Below are positions 31,746 to 40,626 of a DNA stretch of 64,000 bases, one piece after another. Positions within the stretch are counted from its first letter, which is position 1, and the number at the start of each line of letters is the position of its first letter. Source of the stretch: a virus. The DNA is taken from IMG/VR virus record IMGVR_UViG_3300034407_003683, positions 20,867-84,866 of that record, one strand, 5' to 3'. The position numbers were made by a program, and so were the translations under genes. The notes under the pieces are model-generated. The model made no database searches and was not told where the DNA came from. It saw only the letters and a program-made list of their open reading frames with translations.

Positions 31746-32606
31746 TTAAGTACTAATCTGAGCACCGAGTGCAATTCTTCTATAATAACCCACATCACTA
31801 TCATAAACTCCTATACAAGGTGCACCAGAATTACCATTGGTGACAAAGATTAGATTACCGTGAGGTGGTGAATTAGGTACTGTAGCTACAGTATAATTAT
31901 TTAAATCAATGGTTGTTGCCCGAGCTTTTACATAATCGGAATCAACAAGAGCAATAACTTCACCCGAATCCAAATTATCTGCTTGTTGGGACTGAATATA
32001 TGTTGAATCAATAATTGACTTTAAATATGACGAATCAGCTTGTGACTGAATGTAAGACGAATCAATTATTGATTTTAAATAAGATGAATCTGCCTGCAAT
32101 TTAATATATGAAGAATCAATCAGAGACAATATTTCAGCTGAATCAAGTCCAGTTGTAAAGGCTTGTCTAGCCTGGACATATGCAGAGTCAATCAAAGTAA
32201 TGGCATCGGCAGAATCAATTGAATTTGCTTGCACAATAACTAAAGTGGTTGCAGAATCAAATGCAGTACCAGTGATTAATGAGATATAAGCAGAGTCAAC
32301 AATAGATGTAATATCAGAAGTAAAGGCAAGAGTACCACTGGCATCTTGAATATAAATTGTTCTATCGGCAGTAGGATCAACAGGAATCAATTTAATTTCA
32401 CTGGAATCTACTGTGGTACCTTCAAATACAATACCACCACTCTCAAAATAAACACCAGATGTTCCTAGGCCAGCAGCACTTTGAAGAATACCAACACTAC
32501 CATAAAGTTCATCAAAATTCTCATTAACTTTTTGACCTGCCGTACGCAGATCATCACCGGTACCATCATTACCGGCTGCCCCTAAAAATATACTTTGCTT
32601 TGCCAT
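31746..32606 (-). CDS. gp9: Baseplate wedge/tail-fibre connector, gp9-like N-terminus, DS-rich body
   Basis: KQSIFLG...NDGTGDDLRTAGQKVNENFDELY is the gp9/gp10 N-terminal motif. 14 DS in 286 aa. Confidence 0.8.
   Translation of the reverse strand: MAKQSIFLGAAGNDGTGDDLRTAGQKVNENFDELYGSVGILQSAAGLGTSGVYFESGGIVFEGTTVDSSEIKLIPVDPTADRTIYIQDASGTLAFTSDITSIVDSAYISLITGTAFDSATTLVIVQANSIDSADAITLIDSAYVQARQAFTTGLDSAEILSLIDSSYIKLQADSSYLKSIIDSSYIQSQADSSYLKSIIDSTYIQSQQADNLDSGEVIALVDSDYVKARATTIDLNNYTVATVPNSPPHGNLIFVTNGNSGAPCIGVYDSDVGYYRRIALGAQIST
31990..32125 (-). repeat. In-frame 54-bp (18-aa) tandem repeat inside gp9
   Basis: IDSSYIKLQADSSYLKSI / IDSSYIQSQADSSYLKSI / IDSTYIQSQQAD. Boundaries are approximate. 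Confidence 0.8.
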
Positions 32607-32634
32607 TTTAAATCCTACACAAATGAATTACTAT

Positions 32635-32642
32635 TATTTATA
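32635..32642 (-). promoter_or_regulatory. T4-type late promoter TATAAATA
   Basis: Exact octamer upstream of gp9. Confidence 0.75.
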
Positions 32643-32646
32643 ACAC

Positions 32647-33651
32647 TTATATACCAATAACATAACCTTTTGCAACATAACCTGAGCTCATATAAGGTTT
32701 GGTATAACCGGTGAATTGTCTTGCATCCATGGTGGTATATGTATTATCAAAGCTTACGGCAGAACCGGTAATGTCTGCAGAATCATCCATTGTGACACCA
32801 GCTTTGGCATAACCACCCCATTCGTCAATACTGCTATACCATGTTTCAAAGAATGACATAGGATTACTAGTACCAAAGTAGTCAATGGTTCTATTTGGAT
32901 CCATTCTTTGTGGTGCACTATTTAGATCACCGTCATCATCTGGAATTAGAATAGAAGTATCGGCTTGTGGTGCACCATAAAGTATACTTGCATTTGCATA
33001 TACTTTTGATCTATTAGCAAATGGGTCATAAATTGATTCGGCAGTACTAATAGTAATAGCACCTTGACCTTCCAGAACTGTTTGAGCACCTAGATAAAAG
33101 CCAGAAGGGTGTACAAATTTTCTATAAAGTTCTTCCCAAGTACTTAATGATACTGGGGATTTAATTAGAACAGAAAAAATTTGATATAATCTACCATCGG
33201 TCATCACATATGCTTGTTCAGGACCGATTGGACTAATACCAACTCTAAGCAGTCTCTTTTTTGGATAAGTTATATCAACATCTTCATTAAAGAATGCTCT
33301 AAAGAAACCTTCGGCAGAATATAACGAACCTTTTACTCTAAAAAAGTTACCAAAGTTTCTTAATGCTTCTCTTGGAAACAAAAATTGACTCTGTGAAATA
33401 CCAAGAGCTAATTCATTAAAAACAAAATCCAATCTAGCTAAGGCAGTATCCTGTAAATCTCTTATTGTTTTTAATTCATTAATTACACCACCAACATTTT
33501 CATCAGAATCTAACCATTCATAATACCCCTCCAAAAATTCAATAATATTAGGATAGCTAGACTGAAAGTGTTCTGGTAGTGTCTCGAGTACTATACTTTT
33601 CCGAAAATTCGGCTCGAGTCTTAAATAATCTTTTTGTGTTTCAAACGACAT
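32647..33651 (-). CDS. gp7: Baseplate wedge initiator gp7-like (short form)
   Basis: LPEHFQSSYPNIIEFLEGYYEWLD, FFRVKGS...FFRAFFNEDV and YRKFVHPSGF. Lies between gp6 and gp9/gp8. Confidence 0.8.
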   Translation of the reverse strand: MSFETQKDYLRLEPNFRKSIVLETLPEHFQSSYPNIIEFLEGYYEWLDSDENVGGVINELKTIRDLQDTALARLDFVFNELALGISQSQFLFPREALRNFGNFFRVKGSLYSAEGFFRAFFNEDVDITYPKKRLLRVGISPIGPEQAYVMTDGRLYQIFSVLIKSPVSLSTWEELYRKFVHPSGFYLGAQTVLEGQGAITISTAESIYDPFANRSKVYANASILYGAPQADTSILIPDDDGDLNSAPQRMDPNRTIDYFGTSNPMSFFETWYSSIDEWGGYAKAGVTMDDSADITGSAVSFDNTYTTMDARQFTGYTKPYMSSGYVAKGYVIGI

Positions 33652-35495
33652 TAGACATTAACTTTTAATGATGGTGTTTGTCTATCTACTAGAGCAGTAG
33701 CTGATGATCTATCTGGATCCAATCTAAGGATATAATTTCTTAATGGTGCAACGTACCCATCGCTTTGTGGTAGTGCATTAATCTTAACATAATTATTACC
33801 ACTGATAACCTGAGATGGATTAAAACCAACCAATGACACTGTTCCATTTTCTGCTGAATATGATCCAACATTATCAAGTAGAACATTACCGTCCAAATCA
33901 AATATCTGAAGAACATTTGAAGAAAGTCTATTTTTAATTTGGGCTGGAACACCATTAAACTCAAATGCATCTGATTGTATTCTATAAAATACATCATCAG
34001 GTGTTGCAATGGTTGTAGGGAAATACAACACACCGGTATTTTCATTATTTGTAACAACAGTAAATCTCATTTGCATTTTTACTGCAATTGATGTTGAAAG
34101 AATTGATTTATTTAGAGCATCAATTTCAGTAGCAAGATTTGATTTTCTAAATACTGAATTAAAGTCACTCAAGTTATTTGAAAAATATGTTTTCATATAA
34201 TTGTAGACTTGAGTTTCGGTAGCACCAAGTGTAAATCCTGTAAGAGCCGGATCAAATTGGAATTGTGTATTCACTTCCAAATAAACATAAGCCGGATCCA
34301 CAAATTCTGTGGTCATTGACATAACAGAAAGGTTATCACTATAATTTGTAACGAATGCATCTTTTACAGCTTGTTGAACTGCTGCAGAAGTACCAGAAGT
34401 AAAATTAAGTGATATGAAAACTTTACCATAATCAATAGGAAGATTTTGGTCACCACTCCATACTGAGGCAGATCTAACCTGTGGGAAGTTAGATTCAATG
34501 GCGGCCTTATAATCAAGTGATGTAACCAATCTTTTCTGTGAGGCATAAGCAATTGGAGCAAGTTGTCTAATAGATTCAATTGTCTGCCTAGCGGCACCAC
34601 CAGTTGATTCTGTATTTGTTACCACATTTAATGTATAGTTAGTACCCCCAACCGAAATACCTGAACTGGCAGAGAATACAGTACCATTATTTGCAGCTTC
34701 ACCAACACAAGAAAGATATGTAATAACTACCTTTTCGCCAGGCTCTGGTGATTTACCAAATGAAATACCATCACCAAAATTAAGTTCATAGAATCCATTT
34801 GGTGCTTCTAGAATAGAGAAATGTGTAGAATTTGCATCAACCTGAATTGCAAATGATAGTGGTGTATATGTTGTAAAACTAGATGAGCTTACCGTATTAT
34901 ATACTACAACATTTGCAGTTGATGTATCAATGGTCTCATCTGGAATAATATAGATTTGTCTTTCTGTCTTTTCGCCGACAATAAATGTCTTTGTTTTTTC
35001 GGTACCTTCATAAACAGGAATTTCTGTTGATCCAGTACTAGTCTTAAATGTATATAGTCCTGTACCATCATCACTAGCATAGACAGATTCACGTGTTCTG
35101 AATGTATATGATACACCATCAATTGAACTAGTAAATTGTTTACCAGTAGGTATCTCTAATTTTGCAGGTCTACTAGAAACACCGGCCAGACTAACGCTTA
35201 GATTAATAAGGGCATATGCTGCACTACGAGATCTAATTTCGTATCCCAACATTGTTGCATGAGATACTACAGAACTTCTTAGTTGTGCAGTACTTAAAAA
35301 TGCTTCATTCAATGAAAAGTTTGCAGTTAAAGCATTTACATGAGTATTATAAGCCAATACATCAAGGATATTTGAGAGACCTGAAGCCTCAAAATCATAA
35401 CTTGCATATTGCGGTTGATTACTTAGGTAATCTTTTAACCTGGCTTTAATATTAGTAAAATCTAGATCGGCTGACCTAACTGTGCTTGTTGCCAT
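33651..35495 (-). CDS. gp6: Baseplate wedge subunit gp6
   Basis: LDFTNIKARLKDYL...YDFEASGLSNILDVLAYNTH...NEAFLSTAQLRSSVVSHA and YASQKRLVT..DY. Confidence 0.93.
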   Translation of the reverse strand: MATSTVRSADLDFTNIKARLKDYLSNQPQYASYDFEASGLSNILDVLAYNTHVNALTANFSLNEAFLSTAQLRSSVVSHATMLGYEIRSRSAAYALINLSVSLAGVSSRPAKLEIPTGKQFTSSIDGVSYTFRTRESVYASDDGTGLYTFKTSTGSTEIPVYEGTEKTKTFIVGEKTERQIYIIPDETIDTSTANVVVYNTVSSSSFTTYTPLSFAIQVDANSTHFSILEAPNGFYELNFGDGISFGKSPEPGEKVVITYLSCVGEAANNGTVFSASSGISVGGTNYTLNVVTNTESTGGAARQTIESIRQLAPIAYASQKRLVTSLDYKAAIESNFPQVRSASVWSGDQNLPIDYGKVFISLNFTSGTSAAVQQAVKDAFVTNYSDNLSVMSMTTEFVDPAYVYLEVNTQFQFDPALTGFTLGATETQVYNYMKTYFSNNLSDFNSVFRKSNLATEIDALNKSILSTSIAVKMQMRFTVVTNNENTGVLYFPTTIATPDDVFYRIQSDAFEFNGVPAQIKNRLSSNVLQIFDLDGNVLLDNVGSYSAENGTVSLVGFNPSQVISGNNYVKINALPQSDGYVAPLRNYILRLDPDRSSATALVDRQTPSLKVNV

Positions 35496-35496
35496 T

Positions 35497-35943
35497 TTAT
35501 CGTAACCTTGTCAGTGTTAAATCTAATAATACCAATTCAGATGTGCTCAATACCTGAAACTCTACTGTAACTCTTACTTCATTGTTATCAGGTTTTATAT
35601 TTGCATCAACTCTAGTTACTTCAGCTCTTGGCTCATATAAGTCAACAGCTTCAATAATCTGATTGGCTAATAAATCAATATCGGTATCAGTATCTAGTTC
35701 GAATAAGAAATCATTTAAGTTACCACCAAATTCCATATTAAATGGCTTTTCGGTGTAATTAGTAAGAAGAAGATTTTTTACAGATTGTTTTACATCTGCA
35801 GCATCTGTTTTCTTGTAAATATCTCCAGAAGGTTTGGCAGTAAATGTTAGATCAATATCGGAATATGACTGACGTCGTGCAGAAATAATTGGCTGACTAC
35901 TTAGGTTGCCGTCCTCAATTGAAAATGCTTTTGTTACTGCCAT
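35497..35943 (-). CDS. gp25: Baseplate wedge subunit gp25
   Basis: YSDIDLTF...DVKQSVKNLLLTNYTEKPF...FG...LFE...YEPRAEV. Confidence 0.92.
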   Translation of the reverse strand: MAVTKAFSIEDGNLSSQPIISARRQSYSDIDLTFTAKPSGDIYKKTDAADVKQSVKNLLLTNYTEKPFNMEFGGNLNDFLFELDTDTDIDLLANQIIEAVDLYEPRAEVTRVDANIKPDNNEVRVTVEFQVLSTSELVLLDLTLTRLR

Positions 35944-35962
35944 TTGTATAACCTCATGTTCT

Positions 35963-35970
35963 TATTTATA
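35963..35970 (-). promoter_or_regulatory. T4-type late promoter TATAAATA
   Basis: Exact octamer 20 nt upstream of gp25. Confidence 0.75.
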
Positions 35971-37995
35971 TCATTCTTGGATGCATTCTAATAACTCGTC
36001 CGTACTTTGTACAAAGTTATTAAAGCGCGTTTCAATGGTATTTGTATATGTTACACCATAATCACTAGATATTGTCGGCGTAATAAGAACAATTTGAGCA
36101 ATCATTGAACCATCTTTATTTAATGTATCATAACTCAAAATCATTTTTTCAAACTGTAGACTATCTTTCCACCAAGAGGCAAGATCAAATGTTTTCTTCA
36201 TATCAATATTACCATTTCTATCTCTCAGTTCATATACAACTGCTCTGCCTTCTTTTTTCAATGCATTAATTCCATTTGCAGTCACAGTTTCATTAATATA
36301 TGGTCTATAGATACCTTCGGCAACAATTAGTCTATGTTCGTCATATTCAATATTATCAATCATAATTGCTCTAATGGCATGAGCATGCAGTAATAGATTC
36401 CTTGCTACTGCAATACGTTCATCATTTGTAGTTACATGATCGAATGTAATTGAATGCCCATAACCACCTAAGAATTTAGCAATTGTGACACCCTGAGCTA
36501 ACTCGGTCCGTGATGATATCTGTCCTAAATTTTCTGGTTTATATTTTGGTGCTACATTCAGTACTGTTGTCTTATTGGCAACCGAACCTCTAAATCTTTT
36601 TGTTTCGGCACCAATATTTTTACCAATGACATCCTTAGGATTTACTCTACGAACAGTTGCTTCATTAGATTCAATTCTGTCAATATCATCAGGAATGGCA
36701 TTTGTAAATGTTGCAGATATAATACCTTCTGCCAATACAGCACCAACAAATGTCTCATTTTGCTGATTGGAAGTATCTCTTAATTTAGATCTAACTTCTG
36801 TTGTTGAGAGTGTTCTATCAGAAACCCCACCATAGTCTGCATCTCTATTGATCTGATTATATAATGAGTTACCTGGATCAATTGAAACTTTTCTGGTAAG
36901 GAATTCAGATTCATTTAAGTATGACTGCATAATTACATTATCAGGTTGTGCTGTAGTCTTTTCTGTGGCAACTGTTGTATCATTAATATTCGTGTAACCT
37001 GCAGGACCACCTGGACCGCCACCATAACTAGCATAAACTGCAGTATCGGATGCAATTGCAGTATCTGCCATACCCGTTAAATCACCTGTAAATGTATTTG
37101 CATACATTGCTGTTGCATGAATCGATGTAGAATTCATTCTTGGGATGTGTGATGTATGTCCATAATACACCATATTCTCACCACCAATTGTACCAGAATC
37201 ACCACCAACAAAGAGACTAGATGCACCAATGTTTATTGATGGGGCAGATAATATAGCTTCCTCTTCTGATGTCTGTCGTAGTAATCCCTTTGAAACCTGT
37301 TCCATCTCACCTTGCACGACGGTCGAATTATCACCTTTAATATAATTATCTACATTTCCATGTACAAAATGCATTTCATTTTTAGTAATTTGAGTAGATA
37401 CATTACCATTAATTAGTGATTGGACATTTCCATTGATATCCTGTCTATAACCACCTTTAATATCGTCTACCTTATCGCCACCAGCTGTTACGTTAATATC
37501 CCCACCAACATCCAAATCAAAATTACCATCAACACGTAGTTTTAGATTACCATGATATGTAATATCACCATCACCTTCGATGATAACTTTTTCATCACCA
37601 GCAGTAATTCGTACAGTATTTTTTGTGCTGTACATTAGAATAGTACCATCTGGTTGGAATTCTACACCAGTACCGGTACGATGTTTAATAAGAATTCTTT
37701 CACGGCCGGGTGTGTCATCAAACTCTGTTACATGACCAGCAAGTGTTTTTCTAACTTGATTATATGGATATTCAGCTGATGGAAAATCTTTTAATTCTAA
37801 ACCTAGGTCCTTATCACCACCACCATAAGGTAGTGTATTTTCTTCTACGCCACGTGCTTCTAAATTTGTAGATTGTTTACCAGCATATTTGCGCATAGGA
37901 AAATTACCAGAGAAATCGGCAAATCCATCTACAGGCTTATTACTATTATCTGCTACGCCATCGGCTTCTAGGTCATCATTGGTGTAGTTACTCAT
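35971..37995 (-). CDS. gp5 C-terminal part (beta-helix spike) with a degenerate peptidase M15A-like C-terminal domain
   Basis: YPYNQVRKTLAGHVTEFDDTPGRERILIKHRTGTG is the gp5 motif, followed by 8-residue (I/V)xG(N/D) spike repeats. The C-terminus follows the M15A layout without its Zn ligands. Confidence 0.8.
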   Translation of the reverse strand: MSNYTNDDLEADGVADNSNKPVDGFADFSGNFPMRKYAGKQSTNLEARGVEENTLPYGGGDKDLGLELKDFPSAEYPYNQVRKTLAGHVTEFDDTPGRERILIKHRTGTGVEFQPDGTILMYSTKNTVRITAGDEKVIIEGDGDITYHGNLKLRVDGNFDLDVGGDINVTAGGDKVDDIKGGYRQDINGNVQSLINGNVSTQITKNEMHFVHGNVDNYIKGDNSTVVQGEMEQVSKGLLRQTSEEEAILSAPSINIGASSLFVGGDSGTIGGENMVYYGHTSHIPRMNSTSIHATAMYANTFTGDLTGMADTAIASDTAVYASYGGGPGGPAGYTNINDTTVATEKTTAQPDNVIMQSYLNESEFLTRKVSIDPGNSLYNQINRDADYGGVSDRTLSTTEVRSKLRDTSNQQNETFVGAVLAEGIISATFTNAIPDDIDRIESNEATVRRVNPKDVIGKNIGAETKRFRGSVANKTTVLNVAPKYKPENLGQISSRTELAQGVTIAKFLGGYGHSITFDHVTTNDERIAVARNLLLHAHAIRAIMIDNIEYDEHRLIVAEGIYRPYINETVTANGINALKKEGRAVVYELRDRNGNIDMKKTFDLASWWKDSLQFEKMILSYDTLNKDGSMIAQIVLITPTISSDYGVTYTNTIETRFNNFVQSTDELLECIQE

Positions 37996-39731
37996 TCGTC
38001 ATTCCCATCTACTGAATCAAATTTTTTGGCATAGTCGGCCGATTTAAATCCTGGACCATATGTTAAATTACTACTAATATCAGCATCAGTTATATTACCA
38101 CTTCCTACATCAGATAAATCTAACATTTTTAGACCAGGTTTAACTTTCAAAAAGCTTATAACTAATTTATCATATGCTTCCCATTGTTCTCTAGTAATAG
38201 ACTTAGGATCAAGTTTATCATATGATTTTTCTTCTTTAGTACAATTATAACCTGCATCAAATATAACCATAACAGCAGAATTTATATAAGTTAATTGTGT
38301 TGATGCTTGTACACTTACTTGTTTAAATATATCTGCAACGTTGTCGATAAAATCCTTTGGTGTTAAATTTGCTGGTCTGCTAGCCCAAAAGTTAACACTT
38401 AGATCCAAAGGTAATACGCGTTCGACTGAACCATCTCTTAATATAAAATAATGAGCAGGTCCACTTAAATCACTTTCAATTGGAACCTTTTCTTTGGCTT
38501 TTAGAAAGTCATTTCTATTTCTGTTAATAATTTGTGTGTTCCAGTCCTTTGCACTTTTAGCTCTTCTGTCTGTTGGTGATGCATTCCAACCGGTGACGAA
38601 ATTAGTTATTTCACGGCGGCATGATGCAGCATCAAGTTCAATTTCCTTTGAACTAATAACTCTTGTATATAAAAACCCTTCGACCGGTCTAGAGTTTGAT
38701 GTTCCAATTTCTTCGATCGGTACTGAAGGCTTTAGATTTGGAACCAAGTTACCCTTCGATAATACACCTGATAAATTTGTTCTTCCATCAGCTCTTACCA
38801 ACGTTGGTATATTATCTGCCGTAAAACCTTCGGCTGTAGCATGACTGCCGGTAAGTGCAGGAATACTTGTACCTAATTCATTAAATTTTGGAACATTATT
38901 TACTAGTGATGTTGTAACAGATTGAATATTACTAAAATCAACACCCATAGAACCAAGTGGACTAGTCTCGGCAACATTGGCTAAATTTGTATTTGCTTTT
39001 TTAATTGCATTTAATAAAGTTGGTGATGATGGCGAAACTGGTGTATTGGCTTTTATATTTCCTATATTAACTTTAGTCTTAAATGAGCCTATAGGATTAC
39101 CCAAGGCCTTCATTTGTCTAATTGTAGAAACTTTTTGAGCTTTTACGGCTTCACTCTTTTGATCAATGCTAGTTAATTTTCCAACATTTGTTGTGAGTTG
39201 ACCTACAATTGATTTAAAGTCATCACCAGTTAGCCCTATCTTTTTTAATTGCTCTTGAACTTCTGGATCATCAGTTGCATTGTTTGCTTCTGCAACTGCC
39301 TCATTAATTTTGTCCTCATTTAATTTAAAAACTTCTTGAGCTGCAGCTCTAATACCTTCAGGACTACCATTTGCAATTGCTTTTCTAATAATTGTTTCTT
39401 CCTTGGTAGTTTTACCAGTAATTGCATCAATGGCAGATTTATTTGGAGCTGATGGTGTATTAACATTTGAAGTGTCTTTACCAATAACTGCACCAGATAA
39501 GGCAGGAGTTGGATCCTTTTTAGTACCACGTGGTTTTACACTTGCTGCCTTAGTAATAAAACCAGAAACTGCATTACCAAAATCACCAGAGCCAGCCGCT
39601 AATGTATTAAACAGATGAATTGCTTCTCTATCCAAAGCATCTTTTTCTGCTTTTGTTAACTGCGCAGCTTCTTTTATTTCTTTATTCTTATTCTTAAGAG
39701 ATTGTCTATTTGTTTGCCAAGTATCAGCCAT
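37992..39731 (-). CDS. Baseplate hub-associated protein with a degenerate Amidase_2/PGRP-like C-terminal domain
   Basis: PAHYFILRDGSVERVLPL resembles the amidase YHYxIxRDGxVExGRP motif. The first Zn-His position reads TGW. N-terminal half is helical. Confidence 0.6.
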   Translation of the reverse strand: MADTWQTNRQSLKNKNKEIKEAAQLTKAEKDALDREAIHLFNTLAAGSGDFGNAVSGFITKAASVKPRGTKKDPTPALSGAVIGKDTSNVNTPSAPNKSAIDAITGKTTKEETIIRKAIANGSPEGIRAAAQEVFKLNEDKINEAVAEANNATDDPEVQEQLKKIGLTGDDFKSIVGQLTTNVGKLTSIDQKSEAVKAQKVSTIRQMKALGNPIGSFKTKVNIGNIKANTPVSPSSPTLLNAIKKANTNLANVAETSPLGSMGVDFSNIQSVTTSLVNNVPKFNELGTSIPALTGSHATAEGFTADNIPTLVRADGRTNLSGVLSKGNLVPNLKPSVPIEEIGTSNSRPVEGFLYTRVISSKEIELDAASCRREITNFVTGWNASPTDRRAKSAKDWNTQIINRNRNDFLKAKEKVPIESDLSGPAHYFILRDGSVERVLPLDLSVNFWASRPANLTPKDFIDNVADIFKQVSVQASTQLTYINSAVMVIFDAGYNCTKEEKSYDKLDPKSITREQWEAYDKLVISFLKVKPGLKMLDLSDVGSGNITDADISSNLTYGPGFKSADYAKKFDSVDGNDE

Positions 39732-40626
39732 CGTTTAACCTTCTATAAATCTCTTCGCCAGCACTAATTCTTTCTTGCTGACCTTTTACTTTTGGATTTT
39801 CAAATCTATCTTCGAAGATAAGACATGCTTCTCTCACCGTTTGTGCTCTTTTTAAGTCATTTAGTCTATAATATGTTTTATTATCATATAACTCTTTTAC
39901 AGTAAAAAGCAATTGGCAATACATTGTATCCCATGGTATATTTTTACTAGCGGCAAAATTAACTAGTTTTTGATATCTATGTTTGGCATTGGCTGATGAA
40001 TTCCATTGCGCAATACCAAATGATCTTTCCGAACCACCTGATCTGGCCTTAGGATTTAAATCTCCATTATTTTGATTGGCACCAGATTCGACAAAGAAAT
40101 TACCAATAATACCACAAGCTTGTTTATGTGAAAAACCACCACCCTGTTGTGATATAAAAAAGTTAAATGCCTTCTCAATATTTGTGCCACCTATCAAATA
40201 TGTATCATCAATTTTATTGGCTGGTATATTATTTTTTACATTGGTTTGTGCATCAGTTAATGGTTGCCTCTGTACTTGGTCTGGAATTCCAGCCTCATTT
40301 GCAATATAATTTGGTGTGATTGGTCTTTCATATTTTGGAATTGATCCTAAAACCAATGGTAATTGTGAGCTTTTACCATCAAGGAAAATACCATAAACTT
40401 GTGCTTGTGGTTTAATGCCTAGATTGGTTCCAATACCTGAGGTACCACCTTCGGTAATTGGTGCTGCTACAGAAGCCCATGGTAAATCACCATCACTAAT
40501 ATCACTAGTATTTTCTGAATGAATACCAAATATTCTAACTCTGATTCTACCTAACTCGAGTGGATCATTGATATCTTTTACAATACCAATAAACCATCTA
40601 GTATCATCACCGTAATATTCTTTCAT
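39724..40626 (-). CDS. gp5: gp5 N-terminal OB-fold plus phage tail lysozyme domain
   Basis: WFIGIVKDINDPLELGRIRVRIFGIH...DLPWA...GIFLDG..SQLPLVLGSIP, followed by GIIGNFFVESG...FGIAQWN...QLLFTVKEL. Confidence 0.88.
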   Translation of the reverse strand: MKEYYGDDTRWFIGIVKDINDPLELGRIRVRIFGIHSENTSDISDGDLPWASVAAPITEGGTSGIGTNLGIKPQAQVYGIFLDGKSSQLPLVLGSIPKYERPITPNYIANEAGIPDQVQRQPLTDAQTNVKNNIPANKIDDTYLIGGTNIEKAFNFFISQQGGGFSHKQACGIIGNFFVESGANQNNGDLNPKARSGGSERSFGIAQWNSSANAKHRYQKLVNFAASKNIPWDTMYCQLLFTVKELYDNKTYYRLNDLKRAQTVREACLIFEDRFENPKVKGQQERISAGEEIYRRLNDG

